Assembly (NCBI GenBank): GCA_025594325.1
Contig: JANHCV010000003.1
Location: forward strand, 2,046,001 to 2,110,000
Direction of reading: 5' to 3'
Length of the DNA stretch: 64,000 bases
Source: Blastocladiella emersonii ATCC 22665
Lineage: Eukaryota > Fungi > Blastocladiomycota
Part shown: positions 46,565-57,902 of the stretch, one piece after another
Layout: every line of letters begins with the position of its first letter
Numbering within the stretch: position 1 is the first letter of the stretch
The notes under the pieces: model-generated
Told to the model about the DNA's origin: nothing
Databases searched by the model: none
Seen by the model: only the letters and a program-made list of their open reading frames with translations
Program-made: the position numbers and the translations under genes

Positions 46565-46725
46565 TGCCACAACTGCCCGCTGAGATGACCGTATGCGTGA
46601 TGAAGACGCAGCAACGCGCCCAGCTGTGCCGACCCAAGTCGCGTCGCGTCGCGTTTGAAAAAACGGTGCCTCGTCTGGAGGCATGTTTCTTTCAATTACG
46701 GGCTTTCGTGCCATTTATTCTCCGT

Positions 46726-47220
46726 TCATTCTTTCCAAACTACACCGTGCGCCCCCCGGCCTGGCGGACGACAGCAGCTGCGGGTGCCGACGGGTACGCG
46801 ACGAGGGGCGCCGCGGCCGACGACGCGGTCTCGTTCGGCACCCCCGCGCCCGGTGTCGACATACCGATGGGCCGGATCAGCGGCGAGGATGGGAGCGGGA
46901 CCGGGCCATGACCGAGAGCGACGGTATCTGCATCGTGGCCACGGGCGGCGCGGAGAGGGTCGCCGAGGTCGGGGTCGCAGGAGCAGACGGCGGCAGGTAG
47001 GCGTCGATGGACTGGTACTGCGGCGGCGTCGTGTTGGTCGCGGCCACGCCGTGCGCCGACTGAGGCTCAGGGGCCGCGGCATCGACACGGTCGGGCCCGG
47101 CGCAGCACTACTAGAAGTCGAGGAGGGCGGCGGCCGCGGCATATTCATGGTCGCATACGCGGGCGCCACGCCGGCGTACATCGGTGGTGCGGGCATCGAC
47201 GTGGGCATCACCGAGTACAC
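46726..47220 (-). pseudogene. Probable degenerate Pro/Ser/Ala-rich gene remnant
   Basis: Codon-biased Pro-rich peptides (MPAPPMYAGVAPAYATM, PQYQSIDAYLPPSAPATP) fall in different frames; not identifiable. Confidence 0.3.
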
Positions 47221-47339
47221 GGGGAGGCGCTAGTTGGAATTCGGTCGCCATGGCCGCCATCATCCCGCACGATCCGGCGACGCGTCTCTCGGACCGCCTG
47301 CGCTCGACGGCATACCCGGCGCCGCAGTAAATACTCTTT

Positions 47340-47535
47340 CATGGTGCCAAGCAATCAAAAATCACATCTCTCTTTACATCAGTTTCATGGCGCGGCTGGA
47401 GATGGGGAGAGCGAGGACGCGTCGCGGCGCCTCGGCGCGCTCTTCGTGATCAGCCTCGCGCCCTGGACACGCCTTCTCCACGTCCTGGACACCCTTGCGT
47501 TTGATTTCTCGATGGCACCTCATGCAAGATGCTGG
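47340..47535 (+). repeat. Module D dispersed repeat, partner of 42010-42205, upstream of the ZNFX1-like gene
   Basis: Block-wise identity with the reverse complement of 42010-42205. Confidence 0.8.
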
Positions 47536-47681
47536 CCTTGAGGTGGCAGGCAGATCGGGACCGTCGACGTGGCGGCTCGCGAGCGGTCCGGCCCGCCGCT
47601 CCCCCTCGACCGCCGTGCTTCATCGCAAACGGCTGCTTGACCTGAGCGGCTTCCTCGCCCTGACGGTTGCACTCGCACACC

Positions 47682-50600
47682 ATGGATCGCATGTCTGGCC
47701 GGTTCGGCAGCAGCAGTCGCACTCAAGGCGACTGGCGCCGTCCCAAGGCCGATCAGGCCGAGGGCGACGGCGCAGGCTGGGGCAGCTTCACCCGCCGCTC
47801 GCCGCGTGATGATCATGTCGAGGATACGGACAAGTCCAGCGCCAAGTCCAAGGGTGCGTCGCGCGACGCCTCCGTGGTTCGTGGGCGAGGCGCTAACGGC
47901 TTCGATCCGCCTTAGTCTGCCGCTTCTACCAGGAGAAAGGGTGGTGTCGCTACGGTGACAAGTGCTTCAACTCGCACAACGTCGAGGTCAACGTTCAGGC
48001 TCGCAAGCCGGCACAGAGTACGTTTTGCACGGCAAAACCGCTCGCTGAGCTTCTGTCTGACACGCGACTCGCTTGCATCGTGTAGAGAAGGCGCCCTGCA
48101 CGCACTTCCTCCGCGGCAGCTGCCGCTACGGCGACGACTGCCGGTTCTCGCACGACATCAAGCCTGCCGCGCCAAAGCCGCAGCAGCACCACCGTCGCAT
48201 TGACGACCACGGCGACCTCGCCAAGGCGGTCCGCGACGCCATCGAGTCGCCGACCGCGGCCGACGACCACGGCCAGCTCTACGTCATGCCCAAGGTCTCC
48301 CCGTCGACCTACCTCGCCCGATACCCTGGCATCAAGGTGTACGGCACCTCCGAGCTCCAACCGGACCGCGCCGCCATCTTCCTCGCCGAGATCCTGCGCC
48401 AGATCGACGAAAACCCGACCGACTTCCTCGACGCTCTCAACAACGCCTCGGCCGCGCTGACCACCGTCCGCGAGATCGCCTCCTACTCCAAGTACACGGC
48501 CGAAATTGGGATCGACAAGGAGTCGTTCCAGACTGTGCTGCTCCCGCTCCTCTTCCTCCTCTCGCACCCGGCGCTTGAGACCTCAACGCTCACCGACAAG
48601 GTCGCGCTCATTCGCGACGCCGCGGCCGAGTCGACCCAGAACCTCATCGACCAGTTTGTCCGCTGCACGCGCGCGGCGCTCTCGACGCGCTCGCTCGTTG
48701 AGCCGCTCGCGCTGGACGAGGTCCGCTCCCAGGACTACGACGAGGTCCGCAGCACCTTCAAGCCGCTCTCGTTTGCGCAGGCCTTCGTGCCGTTCCTCAA
48801 GTACCTCGGGCTCCTCGCCGCCGCGTGCAACCCCGACACGGACGAGCTCGAGACACTGCGCGCCGCGTTCAAGGAGATCGAGGGCCTCGTTGACGAGTGG
48901 GAGCCGCTCGTTGGCATGGTCGGCGACGACGCGTTCGGTGCCATCGAGTCGCCGCGCGCCGTTGAGCTCGTCCGCGCCGTCCTCGCCAAGGCCAAGCGCC
49001 CGCTCGCTGGCGCCATGTCGCTCGCCGACCAGCTCAAGGCGCAGCTCGAGTTCAAGAAGCGCGCTGCCGCCGCCACAGCCGCCTCGCCGACGTCGCTGTC
49101 GGGCCGTGCACCCTCCATGGTCATCCCCGCCACTCGGCCCGTCTCGGGTGCGCGCCGCAACGACCACGCCGACTACCGCCGCATCTCGATCGTGCCGACC
49201 ATGGCCGAGATCATGTCCGACGACCCGCCGACGCTGCCGGGCAACCTGCAGTTCGACTCCGAGGCGCACTGGCTGCCGCCTGGCCCGACGCGCCTGCTCG
49301 ACACGCACTTCCGCCTGCTGCGCCACGACATGCTCGCCACCATCAAGGGCGGCGTCCGCCTCTTCCTCGACCACCTCAACTCGGACCAGCCCGCGCCGCG
49401 CGCTGGCCGCTTCGAGCGCAACACCGAGTCCATGTCGGCCGACCTCATGGTCTACACCAACGTCTGGCCCAGGGACTACTCGGTCGACAACCGCGCCGGC
49501 GTCACCTTCAACGTGCGGTTCGACCGGCCGCAGTCGGTCAAGTACGCCGACTTCATGTCGAGCTGCCTGCAGTGGGGCAACCTCGTGTGCGTCTTCTACC
49601 CCGAGTCGCCGACGGGCCCGTACACGGCCGAGTTCGCCACCGTCGCGTTCCGTGACAAGCTCGACAACAACAAGGTCGGCCTCGCGTTCCTCAACACCGC
49701 CGGCACCGCGCCGCCCGGGTACCGCGTCTTCCTCGCGCACGAGTCGCGCGTGCACGGGTACCGCGCGACGCCGCCCGTCTACCTCGCCGAGTTCCGCGGC
49801 TTCCTGTTCGAGGCGTACCGCCCCGTGCTCAAGGCGCTGCAGGACGCGGCGCCGTGGTCGCTGCCGTTCGCCGACGTGATCTGCCCGCTCGAGCCGCCCC
49901 AGCTGCGCGGCGAGGGTACTCGGGTCCCGCGCTACGCTCGCGCCGACGAGTTCGCCTTCGACCTGTCGTTCCTCGCCATCAACCCGGGCTCGGCCTCGAT
50001 CAACTTTGCGCCCGCCTCGCCCGGCTCGCTCAATCGCACCATGGCGCTCCTCGCCGAGCACTCGGAGCTCGACACGTCGCAGGCCACGGCGCTCCTCCAG
50101 GCGCTGTCGACGGACATGTGCTGCATCCAGGGCCCGCCCGGCACGGGCAAGAGCCGCGTCGGCGTTTCCATTGCGCGCGCCATCATCGGGGCCGCGCAGG
50201 CCGACGGCGGCCGGTATCGGTCGGACATGAAGATCCTCGTCATGTGCCACACCAACCACGCCCTCGACCAGTTCCTCCTCGGCCTCGTCAACGCCGGGTT
50301 CATGGACCTGGTACGCATCGGCAGCCGCTGCAGCGAGGAGCTCGAAAAGTACCGCCTCGACCCGCGCGACGGCGGGCGCGGGCGCGACCTCAAGGAGGTG
50401 TACGAGCTGCTCGAACCCGCCAGCCGCCTCGTCGCGTCGTCCCTCAACGACGCCCGCAGCGACGTACTCGGCACGTCCCAAGCGGCCATGCCCGTCGTCC
50501 TCCCGCGGCTCTGGGACTCGATCCGCAGCCGCCAGTTCCGCAACGGCGACTCGTACGCCGTGTGGTTCCGCGGCCGCGACCTCGGCCCCAACGGCGTCCA

Positions 50601-53600
50601 GCACATTGTCCCGCTCACGCGCCGCGCGGCGCACCTGCGCCAGGCCCCACGCCTCGATCTCGGCACCAACTCGGCCCAGCAGCTGCTCGCGCTCGCTGAC
50701 GACGCGGCTCGGCTCGCTGCCCAACGCGACCGCGCTGACCTCAACGGCGGCGATTTCGGAGATCTCGACGACGACTATGACGGTGTTTCGGCCGCCTCCG
50801 CTCCCGATCCTGCACCGGCCGTGACCACCGCCAGCACGGCGGCGTCAGCGGTGCCGTGGCGCGCGACTCGCTCGCTCGCCGAGCTGCTCGCGTGCGACAA
50901 CGCCTGGTCCATGACCAAGCGCGAGCGCGCGCTCGTCGTTGACCACCTCATCTTCGACAACGAGTACATGGGGTCACGCAACTCCGAGCTGTCCCCGCGT
51001 CGCTACCTGCTGGATCTCGACGACGAGTTCGAATATTACTCCAACTTTGGCGGCAACTGCGCGGATCTTCTCGCGCGGCTCAAGCGGCTCCGTGAGGCGC
51101 GCGAGATCGACGCCGCCCGCCACTACACGGTCGTCGGCATGACCACGACGGGTGCCGCGGCGCGCCCGCACCTTCTGCGCGGCCTGTCGCCCGCCGTCAT
51201 CATCTGCGAGGAGGCCGGCGAGATCCTCGAGGCGCACACGCTCGCCGCCATGCACCCGCAGCTGCAGCACCTGATCCTGATCGGCGACCACAAGCAGCTG
51301 CGGCCCAAGATCAACAACTACGACCTGTCGGTGCAGAGCCACCTCGGCCGCGCCTACCGCCTCGACATCTCCATGTTCGAGCGCCTCATCGTGCCCGAGC
51401 GCGACGACCTCGTGCCCGCGCTCGGCCACGCGCAGCTGCAGCACCAGCGCCGCATGAAGCCCATCATCTCGCAGTTCATTCGCCGCGGCGGCATCTACCC
51501 CGAGCTCATGGACGGCGCCAACACGCTCAACCGGCCCGCGATCCGCGGTATGACCAAGGACGTGTTCTTCATGGCGCACGCGCAGCCGCAGCTCGTCGCC
51601 TCGGACGGGCTCTCGTCGGGCTCGCACTCGAACCAGCTCGAGGCCCAGATGGCCGTCGCGCTCGTCGACTACCTGCTCCGCCAGGGCTACGCCAAGGACC
51701 AGATCGTCGTCGTGACGCCGTACATTGGCCAGCTCGCCCTCATCAACCAGGTCATGAAGCAGTGGCGCATCGAGGCCCTGATCGGCGAGCGCGACTACCA
51801 GGAGCTGATCGGGCGCCGCGCGGACGGCGACGGTGATGACGACGACGAGCCTACGCCGTCGGCGAAGCGCACCGCACCTCGCGTTCGCGTCGCGTGCGTC
51901 GACGCGTACCAGGGCGAGGAGGCCGACATCATCATCCTCTCGATGGTCCGCTCGTCCCTGCGCGACGGCTCGGACCGCGGTATCGGGTTCCTCAAGGTCG
52001 CCAACCGCGTCAACGTGATGCTGTCGCGCGCCAAGCTCGGCATGTACATGATCGGCAACGCGGCGCTGCTCGACGCCAAGTCGGACCTGTGGTCGACGCT
52101 CTTCGACGTGATGCGCGAGCAGAACCTCATTGGCCCCGCCTTCGAGATCGGCTGCCCGAACCACCCCGACACGCGCCACCTGATCGACGACCCGGCGGGC
52201 TTCCGCCAGCACGCGCCCGAGGGCGGCTGCTCGCTCCCGTGCGGCGCGACGTTCGCCTGCGGCCACGGCTGTCGCCGCCTTTGCCACGGCGACGACCGCG
52301 ACCACGCCGCCGTCGTGTGCCGCGTGCGGGTCGATCCCGTCGCGCTCCCGCGCTGCGGCCACGCGTACTCGCCGCTGTGCCACGAGACGGCCGACCTCGA
52401 GTCGATCAAGTGCACCACCACGGTCGAGCACACGCGCGGCTGCGGCCACTCGATCTCGCTCCCGTGCCACAAGACGGCCGACCTCGCCTCGACCAAGTGC
52501 GCCGCCACCGTCGAGCACACGCGCAGCTGCGGCCACTCGGTCTCGCTCATGTGCCACGAGGTCGCTGCCGGCGCCGTGGGCGAGTGTCGCGTCCCCGTCG
52601 AGCGCGTTCGCGGCTGTGGGCACGCGGTCACGGTCCCGTGCTCCAAGAACGCAGACGACGAGGGCTCGTGCCGCGTCGACGTGGACCCGGTCGCCCATCC
52701 TCGCTGCGGCCACACCATCACGCCCAAGTGCTTCCAGGTCCGCGACCTCGCCGCCGTGTCGTGCGGCGCCGTAGTCGAGAAGCAGCGGTCGTGCGGCCAC
52801 TCGGTCAAGGTCGCATGCCACCAGGACGCCGACAAGACCTCGTGCACCTGGACCTGCTCTGCCACGCTCGCGTGCTCGCACGCGTGCAGTGCTGGCTCGT
52901 CCAAGTCGTCCGAGTCCGACTGCGACTGCCACCGCCGCCACGCGCTCTCGGCGGGCTCCTCGGCCGACTCGTCCGCGTCCTTGTTGTGCCCGCCCTGCTC
53001 CGCCACCTCCGTGCCGCGGTGCGACCACTCGCGGCCGTCGACCAAGTGCGGTGAGCCGTCCGCGCCGTGCGCCGTCGCTTCCTGCGCCTGGACCGCGTGC
53101 TCCCACGGCGTCAGCGCGTGCGAAATGCCCTGCAGCGCGCCCTGCACCCGTCTCCCGTGCGATTCGCGGTGCGAGCGGCTTCTCCGCTGCGGCCACCGGT
53201 GCCCGTCGATCTGCGGCGAAATCTGTCCCGATTCGGCCTTTTGCCGCGAGTGCGCGTCGGCCGAGACGCGCGCGCAACACGTCGGTCGCGACGGCGGCGA
53301 CGTGCAGTACGGCGCGCTCGATGTCGACGCTCGCCCTGTCGTCGCGCTCAAGTGCCGCCATGTCGTGCCCGTCGACGTCCTCGACGCCCACGTCGGCCTC
53401 GACAAGTACTACGCGCGCGGCGACGACGACGCGATCTGGTCGCGCATCCTCCCCCTGGGTGCCGACGCGGGCAAGGACCAGCCGCCGCAGACGTGCCCGC
53501 TGTGCGCCACGCCCGTCCCGCTCGCGCACATCCGCCGCTACGGCCGCATCTTCAAGGCCGCGCCCGTCGAGCTGTACGACGCCCAGCAGTTGGACGAGCT

Positions 53601-54276
53601 CAAGGCCGTGCTGGGCAGCTCCGACAAGCCGTTGTCTGCTCTGATGAGCCGTGGTATGTCGCTCGTCGACGTCAAGGACAAGCTCGAGGAGATCGACGGG
53701 ACCATCGCGAGCCTCGGGCAGAACCCGTCCCGCCAGCTTCACCTCGCGTGCGCGCGCCTCAGCATGGCGCGGTCCGCGCGCGGCGATCCCGTCGACGACT
53801 GGTCGACGCTCAAGTACGAGCGGGTCCACGCCCTCGCTCACTACCGGCGTGGCGTCATGTGCAGCGCCTATGTCAAGTCCGTGGGCCGAACGGACCTCGT
53901 CGCTGCCGAGTGCTACTTTGACGACGCGTGCAGCTCGCTGATTTTCGCCAACAAAGTGTTCTCCGTGATGCAGCTCCAGAAGCTCGCGTTCAAGTCGACC
54001 GCCGCGTGGCTCGACCTGAACGTGGCTTACATCAGCATGCACGCACGCCTTCTCGACGACGACGAGCTCAAGTCGCCCGCCCAGCTCTCGCGCGACGAGC
54101 TCGTGGCCATGCTCGAGGAGATCCAGTCCCACGTCGCCCGCCTCGCCAAGGATTCGGTACCAGACGGGTTCGTCGACTTTGCGCCGCGGCTCACCGGGCA
54201 GCTCGAGAAGATCGAGCGCGAGCTGTCCGCTGCCGATGCAGACTCGACCCCGGATCCGATTCCGCTGGCGGTTTGA
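47682..54276 (+). CDS. ZNFX1: ZNFX1-like SF1 (UPF1-family) RNA helicase with two N-terminal CCCH fingers and NF-X1-type Cys repeats; exons 47682-47853, 47916-48017, 48086-54276; about 2154 aa
   Basis: NDHADYRRISIVPT, LLDTHFRLLRHD, IQGPPGTGKS, CHTNHALDQFL, CEEAGE, LIGDHKQLRP, VDAYQGEE, NRVNVMLSRAK, CPNHP, Cys/His repeats and C-terminal CRH...CPLC...RRYGRI. The CCCH fingers are CRFYQEKGWCRYGDKCFNSH and CTHFLRGSCRYGDDCRFSH. Confidence 0.9.
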
Positions 54277-54988
54277 TCGGATCGCTAGTATTCATCCTCC
54301 TTCCTTTACCTTCACGTCATTTGCTTCCTCGTTCAATGTATCGATTTGTTGCTAATCTCTCACATGCATTCTCACGTCTCGCTCGTTCCCAGACGCAACG
54401 ATCGACTTGGAGGTGGCTAGAAGCACTTCGCAGGCGAGATCCGGCCAACAAAGGCGTTTGCTCTCGCATCCGTGGTCAGCTCATAACTCATTTGCGCGAG
54501 TACTGCAGCAAGCGACAAAGTTATGGTGGTAAACTCTGCAGCTACATCAGGCAGTCCGCACTAGAAGGAGGGAGGACCGACCTGTCCAGTTCAGCAGCTG
54601 GTGAGCCCTGGTCCTTGCGAGACGTCTTGATTTGCACCGCAAGGTTCCATCCTGTCGAGCAAACGAGCCTCGTGTGAGCCCGCATGCATGATTCTCTGGG
54701 ATGTCGGCGCAAGCTTGACGACGCGACGCGTCTCGCGTTCAGCGCGAGACAGAAACGTGATTTCGAAACGCGTCGGCGGCCAGGGTTGCCGTCTCATCAC
54801 CCCTTCGGTCACAACCCAGTCGTCTAGCTCGCGCAACGAGTACGGCTTGTCAACTAGTTTGGAAACAGTCTGCAATGAAAGCTGGGAGCCGATTTGCTGT
54901 GCTTCCACTGTCAGCGCGTTGTTCATGCCAAGGATGCGTTGAGGACTGATACAACCGGTATGGAGAGACCCGAGACCACACACTTCAG

Positions 54989-55252
54989 CACAACCTGTCG
55001 CGCATGGCCTCGGTGCGCCGGGTACGCGACTGGTACGCCGAGTCGTTCCACGAGCTGGTCGAGTTCCCGCGCATCCAGGTGCCGGCCTCGTTCAAGGCGC
55101 GCGACCGCATGCCGCTGCCGTCGGCGTCGGCGGCGGTGGCGGCCACGGCGCCGCCCGTGCACCGCTACTACACGCCGGTCGACGCGGACGTGCCCGTGTC
55201 GGACGACATGCGTGCGTACACGGCCAATTTCGTGACGCTCGTTGAGAACATC
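54989..55252 (+). pseudogene. Isolated internal fragment of a fungal-type pyruvate dehydrogenase kinase (BCDHK/PDK N-terminal domain)
   Basis: HNLSRMASVRRVRDWYAESFHELVEFP...RYYTPVD...YTANFVTLVENI matches the recalled PDK pattern L..MPS(I/V)..V..WY..SF.EL..F...RYY...YN..F...L..I. No upstream or kinase-domain sequence flanks it. Confidence 0.65.
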
Positions 55253-55612
55253 ACATGTTCTTGTCGCTTGACCATCTCGAAGATGATTGTTTGGTCGACG
55301 CGGCCATCATCACCGTCGTCGATCGGCACGGTTGGTTCGCTCCAGAGGCTTCGCTCATCGCCATGCGCGACGCGACCATCGTGGTCGACGTGACGAAGGT
55401 GGCGCAGCTCGGTGCGCCGCTGCGCCACCCGCTTGCTCGGAGTCACCTGAGATCCGCTGCTTTCGCATTGTTCATCATCTCAAGCAGTGCACGACAAGTG
55501 TGCAAGGCGACTCGGAGCAAGGCATCGCCTAGAGATCTCGGCCGCCCTCCCCGCGTCAACTCATGCTCCTCACCCTTCGTTCAATTCGACCTTCATCGCT
55601 TGTAACGACACC

Positions 55613-56596
55613 ATGTCTGCCCAGATTGTCCTCGCCTCGTCGTCCTCGTCGTCGTCGTCGTCCAAGGTGTTCCTGTCCTCGGCCAAGCTGCCGCTCAATG
55701 GCACCAGCATCAGCATGCCCGAGAACAAGCAAACCACCGACAACAACGAGTGCGTCGACTCGACGCCGACCCCCACGGTCGGCACGCTCAAGTCCCGGTT
55801 CGAGCGGCAGCTCAAGTCTGCTCCCGGCTCGCCCACGTCTCGTTCGCCCTGCTCGCGGTCCTCTGACCAGGTCCACGTCGCCCAGTTTGGCGATGCCAAG
55901 AACCAGCTCGCGCAGGGCAACAACGAGACCAAGTCGGTTCCGGCGTGCGCTGTGACGGCGGCGGTGGTGCTCGAGGCGCTCGCCGGGGTGCATGTGTCGA
56001 CCCTGCGCGGGGCTTTTGAGTCCGCCGCCGTGGCTACTGTCACACCCGCCGCTGTCGTCCCGACTACCCAGGCCGCTGTTGCTACGGCTACGGCGCTGAT
56101 CAAGACCCAGGAGACCTCGGCGTGCCCCGAACTCGCGGGCACCGTGGCAACCGAGATCCCCACCTCTTTCGAGTCGACGGCCGCGACTCACGTTCCCGCC
56201 GTCCCCGCTCAAGCCGAGAAGAAGCGCAGCACCGCTGGCAAAGTTCTGCGCTGGGTTCGCCGCCGTGCCGGCCACCGTGGCAGTGCGCCGGCGGCCGCGG
56301 TGAACCCCGAGGCGAAGGTGGCGGCGGTGGTCGAGTCCATGGCCATCGACTCGACCCTCGTCAAGCTCCCGGCCGAATTCGGCTCGGATCAGACGCTGGT
56401 CGAGTCGGCTTCGAGCTCCCGTTGGTCGTCGATCAAGGCTCGGGTCAGCAACCTCCTGGGCGGTGCATCCAGTACCGTCAAGGTGTCTGCTGCGACTCCC
56501 GAGCCGCGCTCGATTAAGTTTGGCGTCAAGGTTCTCCCCAATTCCTCGGCGCCCGTCGTCCTGCGGTCCGCTGTGGCCGCCGTTGATGGTTTCTGA
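55613..56596 (+). CDS. Orphan Ser/Thr/Ala-rich protein, 327 aa, copy 3 (diverged)
   Basis: Collinear with copy 1 with many substitutions and small in-frame indels. The frame is intact, but the TATAAA box reads TAGAGA (55530). Confidence 0.65.
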   Translation: MSAQIVLASSSSSSSSSKVFLSSAKLPLNGTSISMPENKQTTDNNECVDSTPTPTVGTLKSRFERQLKSAPGSPTSRSPCSRSSDQVHVAQFGDAKNQLAQGNNETKSVPACAVTAAVVLEALAGVHVSTLRGAFESAAVATVTPAAVVPTTQAAVATATALIKTQETSACPELAGTVATEIPTSFESTAATHVPAVPAQAEKKRSTAGKVLRWVRRRAGHRGSAPAAAVNPEAKVAAVVESMAIDSTLVKLPAEFGSDQTLVESASSSRWSSIKARVSNLLGGASSTVKVSAATPEPRSIKFGVKVLPNSSAPVVLRSAVAAVDGF

Positions 56597-56763
56597 ATTT
56601 CTATGCTTTGCTTTCGTGATACCCCTCATCCTCACCTGTATTCTTGAAAAGTACTGTTCGTTTGCACTTCCCTTGTTCAATAATCTGATCTCTTTCGTGT
56701 GTTCCCATCATCATCGTTTCTTTGATCAGGATCAGACTTAGCTACTGGGCCCAATTGTGCGAG

Positions 56764-57170
56764 CATGGCCGGCCATTCGGACGCGTTCGGCGTGCTGACG
56801 GCGATCCAAAACCTCATTTTCCTCGCGTACGTGGTCATCTCGTTCGACTTCCTGGTGACGATGGCCACGGTCGGCATGGCCGTAGCCGAGGAATCTTCAG
56901 TTTTGGGGTGCTGTTTCTCGGCCTGATCCTCTCCGTTTCGTTCTGGGCGCTGATCGCAGCCGGGAGGATCACGGCCACCTTCTACGGCCTGCGCACCTCC
57001 CTCGGCCCTCATTCTCAGCGTGGCGTAGTCGGTCACGGGCGACTCGGGCATCATTGGCGCTGGACTCGCCAACGACGCGCTCTCTGTCACGGCTGAACTC
57101 ATGAAGAGGGCCGTTGTTGTTGTCCGCGAGAACCTGCCCGTTCTCATCGCCAGTCACGTCCAAGCGCGCC
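56764..57170 (+). pseudogene. Disrupted module C membrane-protein gene, copy 3
   Basis: FGVLFLGLILSVSFWALIAAGRITATFYGLRTS and VTGDSGIIGAGLANDALSVTAELMKRAVVVVRENLPVLIASHVQAR lie in broken frames. Confidence 0.6.
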
Positions 57171-57400
57171 GGCTTCGACCTCTCGCTGGTCGTCATTCAA
57201 GACTCGCATCGGCAGCCTCCTCGGCGGTGCATCCGGTACCGTCAAGGCGTCTGCCGGTTCTTCCGAGTCCAAGTCCGAGTCGCGACCGATCAAGCACGGC
57301 GACAAGGTTCTTCCAAGCACTGTGGTTGTTCCGCGGTACGCCGCCATTGTTTCTTGAGTTTTTTGCTTTCTGCGTCTTCTTTAGTTTGTGATACCCCTCA
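57170..57400 (+). pseudogene. 3' fragment of a fourth, decayed copy of the 327-aa orphan gene
   Basis: GGCTTCGACCTC..., CTCCTCGGCGGTGCATCCGGTACCGTCAAGG and downstream GTGATACCCCTCATC match the gene's 3' end and UTR. Confidence 0.7.
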
Positions 57401-57699
57401 TCGTAAACCAAAATCTCTCTACATTTTTTGGCTGATTTGTGTGTAATATGATCGCTTATCATGTTCGTTCCTTCGTGACTGTCGCGTTTCCGGCGACTAC
57501 CTTCACCGCCACCATGAACTCGCACGCGCAATCGCACACGAGACGTTCCTGCGCCACGCGCCGTCGATCTTGATCATAATCTCGGCGCTCGTCGCGGGGT
57601 CGCAGAGTCGGATCCGCTGCAGCAGGTTCTCGCTCAGCAACATCAGCATTTTCACATCGACATCTCGTCTACGTCTCGCTCTTACACCTGGACGCCCGC

Positions 57700-57871
57700 G
57701 TCTTGGACCGAGATCACCCTCTACCGCTCCGTCACGCTGTTCGCCAACGCTCTCGACTCGGCCGTGTACGCCATCTCGGCGCGCGCGCCCCTCACCTCAT
57801 CGTTGGGCGGCGTGGCGTGTTCACGTCGTCGGCCTTGATCAACACGAAGATCATGGTCTTCTTTGGAGCCC

Positions 57872-57902
<31 letters not shown>

